Under the pieces are notes generated by a model that saw nothing but the letters and a program-made list of their open reading frames with translations, was not told where the DNA came from and did not search any database. Below are positions 46,287-64,000 of a stretch of DNA of 64,000 nucleotides, one piece after another. The stretch covers positions 62,001 through 126,000 of the forward strand of contig JAPDFW010000069.1 of assembly GCA_028826165.1 (NCBI GenBank), read 5' to 3'. Source of the stretch: Anaeramoeba ignava BMAN (taxonomy: Eukaryota > Protista > Anaeramoebae). Both the position numbers and the translations under genes were made by a program. The first letter of the stretch is position 1, and the number at the start of each line of letters is the position of its first letter.

Positions 46287-47637
46287 TTTTGTGTGTTTTG
46301 TTGTGTTTAGTTTGTTGTTTTTTTTTTTTTAAAGAATTAAAAAATAAAAAAAAAAAGGAAAAATAAAGAAAAGAAAAATAAAAAGAAAAGAAAAATAAAA
46401 AAATGAAAAATAAAAAAAAAATGATTTTTAATTTTGATCTTTCTTTTAAAATTATAATTAAAAAATAAAAAAAAAATTTATTTTTTATTCAAAAGGGCAA
46501 AATAAAAAATTAAAATAAAAATAAATTAAACACGTGTAAATCCCAAATAAACAAAAAAAATTTAAAAATAATCTTTTTTTAAAATTTTAATTTAAAAAAT
46601 TAACATAAAAATCAAATCTTAATCAAAAAAATTAATTTTAAATTATATATTACTTTAAAATTTATTTTGTCCAATTTTTATTTTTTATTTAATTTCTTTA
46701 TTAAAAATTTAATTAAAAATTTAATTAAAAAAAAAAAAAGGAGAAAAGTCTGATTTTAAAATAATTTTCCACTTTTTTTAAAATAAAAATAAAATTAAAA
46801 TTAAAAATTAAGAAGATTTTATAGTTTAATTTTATGCAAAATTCTTTTAAAAAAAGAAGAAAAAAAAATGAGGAAAAAAAAAAGTGAAAAAAAGCAAAAA
46901 AAAAAAAAACAATTTCTTTCTTTTTTGATTTTGATTAAATTTTAAATTAATTAAATAATAATTTTGAATCAATCTATTTAAAAAAATTTGGAAAAGAAAT
47001 ACTTAATCAAAATTCACCTTTCAAAAAATAATCTTTAAAAATAAACATTTCTTTAAAATAAAATAATTAAAACAAGACTCTTTTTCATTTTGATCAACTT
47101 TAAAAAACGAACAAAAAAAAAAATTAAATAACAAAATTTAAATTAATTATATTTATATTTATATTTGTTTTTTTTGCCATTTGATCATAAATTAAAATAA
47201 AAATAAAAATTTTTTATAAAAGATTAAAACAAAATAAACTCTATTTTGCTCTCAAAAAATATCTAAAATAATCTAAATCAATAAACAACAATTTAAAGTT
47301 AAAAATTCAACCCCAAAACTTAAAAACTTTACATATTAAAAATTAATAAAAAATAAATTCAACTCTTTTTTTTAAAAAAATAGCAAAACATTTTAAATTA
47401 TTTTTTATTATTCAAATTTTCTCAACTAATAAATAAAATAAAATAAAATAAAATAAAAAAGTTGCGAAAACATAACAACAATCATTTTTTTTTCTTTCAT
47501 TTTTCATTTTTCATTTTTCTTTTCAATTTTTTATTATTCTTTTTCTTTTTCTTTTTCTTTTTCATTAAATTTTATTTTTTCATTTTGTTTACCATTTCAA
47601 TCCTTAATTAATTTTTTTCCTTTTTTTATTTAAACTT

Positions 47638-50600
47638 ATGACAACAAAAATACCCTCAAAACTTGGTGCACAAATATCTATTGATATTGTAAACAAAACA
47701 CACAAAAAAAAACAATTTTAATTTTAATTTTAATTTTTAATTTTAATTTTAATTTTAATTTTCTCAATAAAAAAAATTTTTTTTTTTATTAATTTTCTCA
47801 TTCAAACATTTTTCCTCTTTTTTTTTTCTTCTTTTTTTTTTAAAAATTTAATTAATCCAAAAAAAAAAAATAGTGTTTTGATGAAGATTTAATTTCTTTT
47901 ACAGAACCAATTCCATCACCAACTCATACAATTTTCTATCCACCAACTCCAAAAGAAGAAAGACCAATTGAAAGAAAACCAGAAAAAACGTTATTGAAAC
48001 AAGAAACAACACAATTCCCATCACAAATACACAATGAAGACAAACCGAAAAAAGAATCAGCACCAATCACCACTGAAAAATCACTTCTTCCAGATATTAA
48101 GACAATTTCATCTTTCAGAAAACCTTCTAATATTAATTATTATCCAACAAATAGGGATTTTTCTTTTAATCAACAAATCCCTTATTTTCTTTCCAAAAGT
48201 CAATATCCTTCCAATTTTATTCCTGATGAAAATCCACAGTTTTTCTATCCACAAATCCAAAATCAATACCCTATTGATAATCAAATGCAAAATTCAAATG
48301 TTTCTTATTCTCCTCAAAATTTCTCTTATTTTGGTTCTTCTCAAAAAGATTATCGAAATTTTCAATATTCAAATTATAATCGACCAAATTCTATGTGGGA
48401 ATCTGAGAATATTGTATCCAATTCTTTTCAACATTCGAATCCTGAAAAAGTAGAATTTTTAGAAAATGATTTCAATTCAGAAAATGATTTCAATTCACAA
48501 AATGATTTCAATTCAGAAAATGATTTCAATTCACAAAACGATTTCAATTCACAAAACGAAGAAACAAGCTCAAAATTTATTGATGTAATTTAATAATATT
48601 TGATTTTTTCCTAATAAAATAATTCATTTTAATTTTTACTTTAAATTTTAGATGTGTACAAATCAATTTCTATGTAGAGATTTACAACAACAATTAGAAA
48701 GATCAACAGATCCTCAATTTTGTGATGAATTGATTTATGAAATGAGAAATGATTTTATTGTTGTAATGACAACTAAATATGGCAATTATTTCTTTCAAAA
48801 ACTATTTGAGCATTGTACTGAACAACAAAGAGAGAAAATTATTAAAATTATTACTCCTCATATGGTTTCAATTTCACAAAATATTTATGGAACACGTTCA
48901 GTTCAGAAGCTTGTTACATTAATTACAACACAAGAACAAAAAAATATAATTTTCCCAGAAATTCATGCAAATTTATCTTCAATGATTTTCAGTCGTTTTG
49001 GATATCATGTTATTTTAAATTGTTTATATACTTTTCAACCAAAAGAAACAGAAGTAAATTTATTTCATTTCTATTTATTTATTTCAATTTATTTCAATCA
49101 ATTTATTTCAATCAATTTATTTCAATCAATTTATTTCAATCAATTTATTTCAATCAATTTATTTCAATTTATTTCAATCAATTTATTTCAATTTATTCCA
49201 ATTTATTCCAATTTATTTATTTCAATCAATTTATTTATTCATTTCAATCAATTTATTTCAATCAATTTATTTATTTCAATTTATTTAATTTATTTATTTC
49301 AATTTATTTAATCAATTTATTTAATCAATTCATTTCAATTTATTTCAATTTATTTCAATTTATTTCAATTTATTTCAATCAATTTATTTCAATTTATTTC
49401 AATCAATTTATTCCTATTTATTTATTTCAATCAATTTATTTCAATTTATTTCAATTTATTCCAATTTATTTATTTCAATCAATTTATTTCAATCAATTTA
49501 TTTCAATTTATTTATTTCAATTAATTTATTTCAATTAATTTATTTCAATTTATTTATTTCAATTTATTTATTTCAATTTATTTCAATCAATTTATTTATT
49601 CATTTTTATTTATTTATTTCAATCAATTTATTTCAATCAATTTATTTCAATCAATTTATTTCAATCAATTTATTTCAATTTATTTCAATCAATTTATTTC
49701 AATCAATTTATTTCAATTTATTTATTCATTTCAATCAATTTATTTCAATTTATTTCAATTCATTTCAATTTATTTATTTCAATCAATTTATTTCAATCAA
49801 TTTATTTATTTCAATCAATTTATTTAATTTATTTATTTCAATTTATTTATTTCAATTTATTTCAATTTATTCATTTCAATTTATTTATTTCAATCAATTT
49901 ATTTCAATTTATTTATTCCATTTATTTCAATTTATTTCAATTTATTTCAATTTATTTATTTCAATCAATTTATTTAATTTATTTATTTCAATTCATTTCA
50001 ATTTATTTATTTCAATTTATTTCAATCTATTTATTTCAATTTATTTATTCAATTTATTTATTTCAATTTATTTAATTTATTAAATTTATTCATTTTTATT
50101 TATTTCAATTAGTTTATTACAACATTCGTGAAAGAAAATTGTTATGCTCTTTCTCTTCATAAATATGGATGTTGTGTTTTACAAAACTGCATTTCTATGG
50201 GATCTGCTCAAGAAAAACGAGAGATTTTTAATCTGCTTTATGAACACATTGTGGCTCTTATTGAAGACCCATATGGAAACTATGTGATTCAACAATATCT
50301 CGAAGAAAGCAACTACAGTGAACAAATTATCTATAAACTTCATAATCAAATACTTCGTCTTTCTTTAAAAAAACACTCATCAAACGTTATTGAGAAATGT
50401 TTGCAATCTGAAGATGAAAACTGTCGCAACTTCGTAATAAATGAATTGATTTCTTCTCATTTAAACGTTAGAACCTTACTTCATGACAATTATGGAAATT
50501 ATGTGATCCAAACTGCAATTAAAATGGCTAATACTCAACAACTAACTAATCTTTCTTGTGCAATTTCTCCTTTAATTCCAACAGTTAAAAATCCTTCATT

Positions 50601-50706
50601 CAGACATAAATTAACCTCTATGCTTCAAATAAATAATACTCTTATTAATAACAATAAAAATAGTAATAGTAATAGTAATTACTTTATTGGAAAAAATATC
50701 AAATGA
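47638..50706 (+). CDS. Pumilio/PUF RNA-binding protein (8 repeats, Puf4/5-like pattern); 4 exons
   Basis: Repeats CRDLQ, NYFFQ, TRSVQ, YHVIL, CCVLQ, NYVIQ, SNVIE and NYVIQ. Introns at ~47689-47873, ~48585-48651 and 49054-50112 restore the frame. Confidence 0.9.
49054..50112 (+). repeat. 1.06 kb intron of degenerate ATTTATTTCAATCA repeats
   Basis: Bounded by GTAAAT...AATTAG. Confidence 0.88.
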
Positions 50707-51024
50707 AACAACTCGATTCAAAAAACAAACCAAATCAAGAAAAAGAGGAACTTTTATTTTTTTTTTTTTTAAAACAATGTGACTCTGAATTTTGAATTTT
50801 GAATTTTGAATTCTGCAAAAGGTTTCTATTTCCTGATTTAATGTTTTTGATTTTGATTTTGATTTTGATTTTGATTTTGATTTTGATTTTGATTTTGATT
50901 TTGATTTTGTTTTTGATTTTGTTTTTGATTTTCATTTTAATAAAAAAAAAATTAAATTTAAATTTTTCCATTTTTTTTCTTTCAATTAAAATTAAAATTA
51001 AAATTAAAATTAAAATTTTTTTAT

Positions 51025-52089
51025 ATGTTACAAACAATTTTCAAAACATCATTTATTAAGAAAACAACACAAACAATTATAAAGAAATTTATAACAACTA
51101 AAATGGGAGATTTAGGAAGATCAACAGTTGAAACAATAGATACTTATTATAACAACAGTGAAAAATTTGCAGCTGCATTTCTTTTACGAGAACCAGAAGT
51201 ACTTTCAAAAGAAAAAGCCAAAGAAAAAGAAGAAGTAGCATTTATTGAGAACAACACAAACAAAGCAATTCCATTTCTTTTGGATCGACTTGAAAAACAA
51301 AACATTGCATTTGAATCCGTTAAATATTTGATTGTAACTCACATTCATTTGGATCACGCTGGCGCAACATCACAACTTGTTCGCAAGCTTCCGAATGCAA
51401 CTGTAGTCGCTCATCCTCGTGCAGTGCCTCATTTGATCAACCCTTCTAAACTTATTGCTGGGGTTACTGAGATTTACGGGAAAGAAAATTTCGAAAAATT
51501 ATATGGAGAAATTTTACCAATTGAAAAAAATAGAATAAAATCTGTCGAAGATTATGAAACACTACAAATCGGCTCGAGAAACCTAACCTTCATCCACACA
51601 AGAGGTCATGCCAAGCACCATATGTGCGTCTACGATTCTGTCTCGAAAGGCATCTTTACTGGTGATAGTTTTGGTATTTCTTATCCCTTAATCAACAAGA
51701 AATGCCAAAACTTATCATCAATTCTTTTCCCTTCAACTTCCCCTATTGACTTTGAACCTGATCAGGCTCTTCTTTCTCTCGACAAAATTATCAACACTGG
51801 TGCTTCTCATGCCTATCTTACCCATTATGGGATTTGGGAGGATTTACAATTTGGAAAGAAGCTTATGACTCGAAATATTAATAAATTGAATGATATTCTT
51901 TTAAAAGCAAAAAAACTTAAATTAAAAGGTGAAAAATTACTCGAATTTTGTCAAAAAGAAGTTGATAATTTTTTCATTGAAATTCTCGCTCAAGAAAAAA
52001 TTGTTGATGATAAAGAAGCTTGGGAAAGACTTTATTTTGATAGAACTCTTAATGCAGAAGGAATTGCTTTTTGTGCAGAATTTAGATAA
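51025..52089 (+). CDS. Metallo-beta-lactamase-fold hydrolase with a putative organellar presequence; intronless
   Basis: Metal-ligand motifs THIHLDHAG, GHAKHH, FTGDSFG and LTHYG; K/T-rich, acid-free 26-aa N-terminal extension. Confidence 0.88.
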   Translation: MLQTIFKTSFIKKTTQTIIKKFITTKMGDLGRSTVETIDTYYNNSEKFAAAFLLREPEVLSKEKAKEKEEVAFIENNTNKAIPFLLDRLEKQNIAFESVKYLIVTHIHLDHAGATSQLVRKLPNATVVAHPRAVPHLINPSKLIAGVTEIYGKENFEKLYGEILPIEKNRIKSVEDYETLQIGSRNLTFIHTRGHAKHHMCVYDSVSKGIFTGDSFGISYPLINKKCQNLSSILFPSTSPIDFEPDQALLSLDKIINTGASHAYLTHYGIWEDLQFGKKLMTRNINKLNDILLKAKKLKLKGEKLLEFCQKEVDNFFIEILAQEKIVDDKEAWERLYFDRTLNAEGIAFCAEFR

Positions 52090-52378
52090 ACAAAATTAAG
52101 AAAAAAAATTTTAATTAAAGATTGATGATTAAATTTTTCTTTTCTTTTTCTTTTTTTTTTTTTCAACAAACAAAAGAATTAATAAAATAATTAATAAAAA
52201 TAAAAGAAAGAAGAAAAAAAAATTATTTTTTTCCAACTGTGACAAGTGGAAAAACTTATTAAAAACTTTATTAAAAAAAAAAAATTAAAAAAAAAATTCG
52301 TTTCAACAAAAAATTATTTTTTCATTTTTTTCATTTCTTTATTATTAATTATCAAACACAAAAAAAAAAAAGATAAAT

Positions 52379-52574
52379 GTAAAATTCTTATTATTAATTT
52401 ATTATTTTATTATTTTATTCAAATTACTAATTTTTAACAAAAAACAACACACTTTTAATTTATTTTATAAAAAAAAATCAATAATCCTTTTTTCTTTATT
52501 CTTTTTTTTGCTTTTTCCTTTTTTTTTTGCTTTTTAATTTAAAAATTAAAAAATTAAAAAATTTAATTAAATAG
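52379..52574 (+). other. Probable 5'-UTR intron
   Basis: TCATTTT motifs at ~52322, GTAAAA donor, and AATAG acceptor 12 nt before ATG 52587. Confidence 0.45.
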
Positions 52575-52586
52575 TAATCAATAAAA

Positions 52587-53840
52587 ATGGCAGAAGAAGT
52601 TTCAGAAAAAAAAGTAAGTGAATTCAACGTCACTCTTTTAAACCAAAGATTTGAAGAAGTTGAAAAAGATTGTCAAATCACACTCAATGAAAAAAAAATC
52701 ACGTTCACTTCCAAAAACGAAGAACACACAGATCAATTGATACAAAACAAAATAAAAACGCACCCCAAAAGATCAGGAGTGATTCAATTAACAATTTCAG
52801 ATCAAACATTAATTCTTGAATTTGAACCAGTTGAATCACTTAATGATTTCCTTGAATATATTCGTTTACAATCACTTGAGACTGAAGCACCACCCAACCA
52901 AGACGACGGCCAAACACCTAAGCCAACCGAAGACGAAATCAAGGAGAAGGATTTCACAGTCGATATTCTTGACAAGAAATTTGAAAAAGCAGCTGATGGA
53001 AAAATTCATTTGGATCAAAAAAATATTTCACTTTTTTTTGAAAGTCGAACTCATACTCATGAAATTGGAAAAGGTTTGAAACTCCGCGCACATCCTCAAA
53101 GAACAACAGTTATCCTTGTCAGCTTCGAGAAGAAACAAAGTGTATGTTCCCGTCTCAAAGAAACCTTTATTGTTTCCTTTGAAAGCGAAACTATTCGTTC
53201 TGAATTTTTCGAAATTTTCAAACATTTCTCTTCAATTTTACGTGAAACAGTTTCAAAACCTGAAGAAAAACAAGAAAAAACAGAAGAAAAGGAAAAGGAA
53301 GCCGAGAAAAAGGAGGACAATCAAGAACCTCTTCCTGAAGACGCACTCAGTTTTAATGTTTCTGTTATGAACAAGCAACTCGAGAAAATTGATGATGCTC
53401 AATTTATTTTTTCAAAAACAAAAATCAAGTTGTCATCCAATAAGGAATCTCATGAAGGCATCTTTAATAAGAAAACTAAAATCCAAAGATCAAACAAGGA
53501 TAAGGATGTTGTTAAGATCTCCATCTCTAAACCCAAAAAAAGTGCCTGGTCTTGCATGTCAATTGATTCGTTTATAATAAAAATGCAAAGTGAAGAAGAT
53601 GCTAATAATTTGATTTCAAATTATGAATCATTCCAAAAATTAATTCAACCTCAAGAAAAGAAACCAGAAAAGAAAGAAGATGAAAAAGAAGATGAAAAAG
53701 AAAAAGAAAAAGAAAAAGATGATGAAAAAGAAAAAGAAAAAGATGATGAAAAGAAAGATGATGAAAAGAAAGATGATGAAAAGAAAGATGATGAAAAGAA
53801 AGATGATGAAAAGAAAGATGATGAAAAAGATGACAACTAA
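52587..53840 (+). CDS. Uncharacterised protein with three ~90-aa PH-like repeats and a (DDEKK)n tail
   Basis: Three units start FNVTLL, FTVDIL and FNVSVM and end in a beta-strand plus amphipathic helix; 15-bp GATGATGAAAAGAAA repeat at ~53742-53827. Confidence 0.75.
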   Translation: MAEEVSEKKVSEFNVTLLNQRFEEVEKDCQITLNEKKITFTSKNEEHTDQLIQNKIKTHPKRSGVIQLTISDQTLILEFEPVESLNDFLEYIRLQSLETEAPPNQDDGQTPKPTEDEIKEKDFTVDILDKKFEKAADGKIHLDQKNISLFFESRTHTHEIGKGLKLRAHPQRTTVILVSFEKKQSVCSRLKETFIVSFESETIRSEFFEIFKHFSSILRETVSKPEEKQEKTEEKEKEAEKKEDNQEPLPEDALSFNVSVMNKQLEKIDDAQFIFSKTKIKLSSNKESHEGIFNKKTKIQRSNKDKDVVKISISKPKKSAWSCMSIDSFIIKMQSEEDANNLISNYESFQKLIQPQEKKPEKKEDEKEDEKEKEKEKDDEKEKEKDDEKKDDEKKDDEKKDDEKKDDEKKDDEKDDN

Positions 53841-54134
53841 TTTTTTAATTTTTTTTAATTCTTCTTGTTATTCAATTTCATTCTGAATTTCAAGTCAATA
53901 TGATCTTTACTTTTATTTCCCTTTTAATTTCTCTTTTTTTTTTTTTCTAATCCAAATTAATTTCAAAAAGAGAAAAAATCCAAATCAAATCCAAATCAAA
54001 TCCAAATCAAAAACATTCCTTTTTTTTTAATTCATTTTAATCAACAAAAGTTAAGTAAAAAAACAAAAGCAAAAATTTTATTTTTTATTTTTTTTTTCAT
54101 TTTTTTTCATTTTTTTCTTTTTTTATTTTTAATT

Positions 54135-60922
<6,788 letters not shown>

Positions 60923-61424
60923 TTTTTTTCAATTCAATTCTATTCAAATTGATTTTTTTGATTTTGATTTTTTTGATTTGATTTCAATTTGATTTTTCCA
61001 ATTTTTTTGATTTGATTTCAATTTGATTTCAATTTGATTTTTCCAATTTGATTTTTCCAATTTTTTTGATTTGATTTCAATTTGATTTGATTTCAATTTC
61101 AATTTGATTTCAATTTGATTTCAATTTGATTTCAATTTGATTTCAATTTGATTTCAATTTGATTTTTCTGATTTGATTTCAATTTGATTTTGATTTGATT
61201 TTCAATTTGATTTTCAATTTGATTTCAATTTGATTTAAAAAAAAAAAGAAATAAAACAAAAAACAACAAATTTTTTTTTTTCCTTTTTGATCAAAAACAA
61301 AATTAAAAAAGAAAAAAAATTAAATTATTTTTTATTCAACTTGCGAAAATTGAAAATTTATTTTTTTTCATTTATTTTTTTTTTCATTTTTTTTTTTATT
61401 TTTGATTTTTTTTTATAAATTCAA

Positions 61425-64000
61425 ATGGAAGCAATTTTAAAAAGACAAATAACAAGAACACGATCAGTTTTAGACACAGAACTAGATCAAAAAAGAAAAA
61501 AACAATTAGCACTTGAATATTTAACGCATTTACAAGAAATAAAAGAATGGATTGAAGAAGTTTTATCAATTGATTTAGGAAGTCCAGCCGATCTTGGCAT
61601 TTCTCTTCAAAACGGTGTTGTTTTAGCAAAAATAGCGTTAAAATTTTCACCACAATTTGTTGGTCAAATTGTTACCTCAAAAATTTTATCATTTAAACAT
61701 ACAGATAATATCAATTATTTTCTTGAAATGCAAAAGTTCTTTAAAATTCCTGATATTATTTTTTTTGAAGTTAACGATCTTTATTCTTTGAGTAACTTGA
61801 TTAATGTTGTTTATTCTATTTATTTTACTGCTGTTAAATTGAATAAAAAAGGTCTTGCTCCTCCTGTTAAATCTTTATCTGGTAAAGTTAAATTTACTCA
61901 AGATGAAGAAAAAAAAGCAATGAAACAATTAGAAAAAGCTGATGTTTCAAAAATTGAGAAAATTGCTGAATTACAAAAACCTAAGAAAAAAGAAGAAGGT
62001 TTTTTTCATCAAAATTCATTTATAAATTAAATTCAAAATCAATTTATCAAAATTAATTTATAAAATCAAAATTAATTTATAAAATCAAAATTAAAATCAA
62101 AATTAAAATCCATTTATAAAATTCAAATTTAATTTATAAAATCAAAATCAAAATTAAAATCAAAATCAAATTCAAATTAAAATCAAAATTAATTTATAAA
62201 ATTGAAATCAAAATTAATTTATAAAATCAAAATTAATTTATAAAATCAAAATATTCTTTTTTTTTTTTTAGTATGGAACGAATTCTATCAAGAAAAAGAA
62301 AAAATTTCTTCATTAATCACTATTCAATCAATTTGCAAAACTCTCATATCAAAAAATAAATTAAAAACAATAACTCAAACATTCCAATCACAAAAAAATC
62401 AAGAATCAATCAAGAATATTCAAAAATTCTTCAAACAATACAACTCCCAAAAAAAACTCAATGAAAAAATTCAATTCCTCAACAAAAACGAAGAAAATAT
62501 CTCAAAAATTCAACAATATTCAAAAGGATTCATTGAACAAAAACAATTAAACGAGAAAATGGAATTTTTGCAAAATAAAGAACAAGAAATCACAAAAATT
62601 CAACAATTTATGAAAGCATTTCTTGAAAAAAAGAAATTGAGAGAAAAAATGGAAATGCTCAAAAAAAATCAAGAAGAAATCATCGCAAATGAAATAATTG
62701 AGGAAAAAGAACAAGAAGAACACAAAAACGAAAAGCAAAGTAAGAAACAAAGCAAAAAGAAAAAACCACAAGGAATAACAAAAACAGCAGCAATCATTAT
62801 TCAAAAAAACATACGAAGAAAACTTATACAAAGAGAATCACGAAGGAAAAGAAGATATTATCGTTCACAAAAAAATCAAATCACAAAAATCCAAAAATTC
62901 TATAATCAAAAAATAGAACAGAACGAATTCATGAAAAAAAGAGAAGCAGCAATCACGATCCAAAAAATGTACCGAGGATATGCACCCAGAAAAATCAAAA
63001 GAACATTAACAAGCCCTGCAGAAATGACGCTTGAAGACTTGGGAAATGTTCTTCGGATGTTCCGAGTCAGAGCGTCGAAAATTTATGATAATGAAAAAAT
63101 TCGAACGAATGAAAAAATCAAGATGAGCCAAGAAGAGGATCTAACAGAACTTCGGGAAGCTTGGGTCAAGGAAATCCGACAAACACATGATCTCCAAAGC
63201 GATGTACAAAAATTGGATCGAAAAATTTCTTTACTTGTTAAAAATAGATTATCAATCGAGGAAATTGACAGCCAATCCTCGAAACAAAATAAACATGAGA
63301 AAACAAGCAAGGCTTTGATTCCCCCGCAATATCTTATCCATTATCAATACCTGTTCTATCTTCTCCAGACAGAACCCAAATATCTTGCAAGAACTCTTTT
63401 TTATATTCGACCGAATGAACTTGAAGGATTTGTTCAAACCATGATTTTGACTTTATATGGATATGCCTTCTCTCCGCGTGAAGAATACCTGCTCTTGCGC
63501 CTCTTCACGCTTTCAATTCGCGAGCAGATTTTCAAACAAAAAAAAGCGTCGGAATTCACAAAAGATGATCCAATTATCACAAAGATGTTTGTGTTCTATT
63601 TCCGCAGAGTTCAATATCAAACTTTCCTAAAGGAACTTTTGGAGCCGGTCATAATTAGTGTTCTCAAACAGGAAAGCCTTGTACTTGAATTAAACACATC
63701 GAAAATGTACCGCGCAATGATCAACAGCGAAGAGACAAGGACAGGAGAGAAGACCAAATTGGCCCAGACTGCGACTCACAACGAGGCGTTAAAGCACCAA
63801 GCAATCTCGGAAATTTACAACAAAAATCTGCGCGAATTGACGGATATTTGCCGCCAGTTCGTGACGCAGATCAGCAAGTCAATTCACACAATCCCGTATG
63901 GAATCCGTTTTATTTGCAAAGCTGTGAAACAGACAATTTTCGAAAAATTTCCTGACACAAAAGAAGAAGAGATTTCCAAAATCATTGGATACATAATTTA
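61425..64000 (+). CDS. IQGAP-like protein (CH domain, IQ motifs, RasGAP domain), 3' partial
   Basis: CH domain EIKEWIEEVL..LQNGVVLAK..FKHTDNINYF; intron 61999-62271; IQ motifs such as IQKMYRGY; YQYLFYLLQTEPKYLAR, YAFSPREEYLLLRLF and IPYGIRFICK. Confidence 0.9.

Noticed and set aside
46531-46536. CACGTG E-box in the C2/PUF divergent spacer
   Set aside because: A single 6-mer with no supporting evidence.

Overview
Very AT-rich, intron-containing eukaryotic (protist) genomic DNA, standard code, about 20 genes. Introns and spacers are filled with simple repeats, so most long poly-SK/NF/IL/YLFI ORFs in the track are artefacts. The style (NQ/EN hexamer tracts, RCC1-BTB multigene family, TCATTTT start-proximal motif, ML-type N-terminal presequence) suggests an anaerobic metamonad such as Anaeramoeba; this is an unverified impression. 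Gene order: 3' end of a PABP-like gene; a coiled-coil gene with two overlapping open frames (-); two 4xRRM PABP-like paralogs; a type I membrane protein (-); a ~3,200-aa BEACH-WD40-FYVE protein (-); a signal-peptide pyroglutamyl peptidase I; a 1382-aa pseudo-E2/LRR/RRM protein (-) head-to-head with an array of four intronless RCC1-BTB-BTB genes that encloses a divergent actin; CLASP; an N/Q-rich orphan (-); a C2 protein (-); a PUF protein; an MBL-fold hydrolase; a triple PH-like repeat protein; class I PI3K; and IQGAP running off the window. The best candidate for an undescribed system is the RCC1-BTB array. Its near-identical BTB module is joined to a propeller whose variation falls on the same loop positions in every blade and is shuffled in patches between copies. 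This looks like a diversified receptor repertoire for Cullin-3 ligases, and it sits next to a catalytically altered actin and a catalytically altered E2. Several 1-2 nt indels in homopolymers suggest residual assembly errors. All exon coordinates were read by eye.
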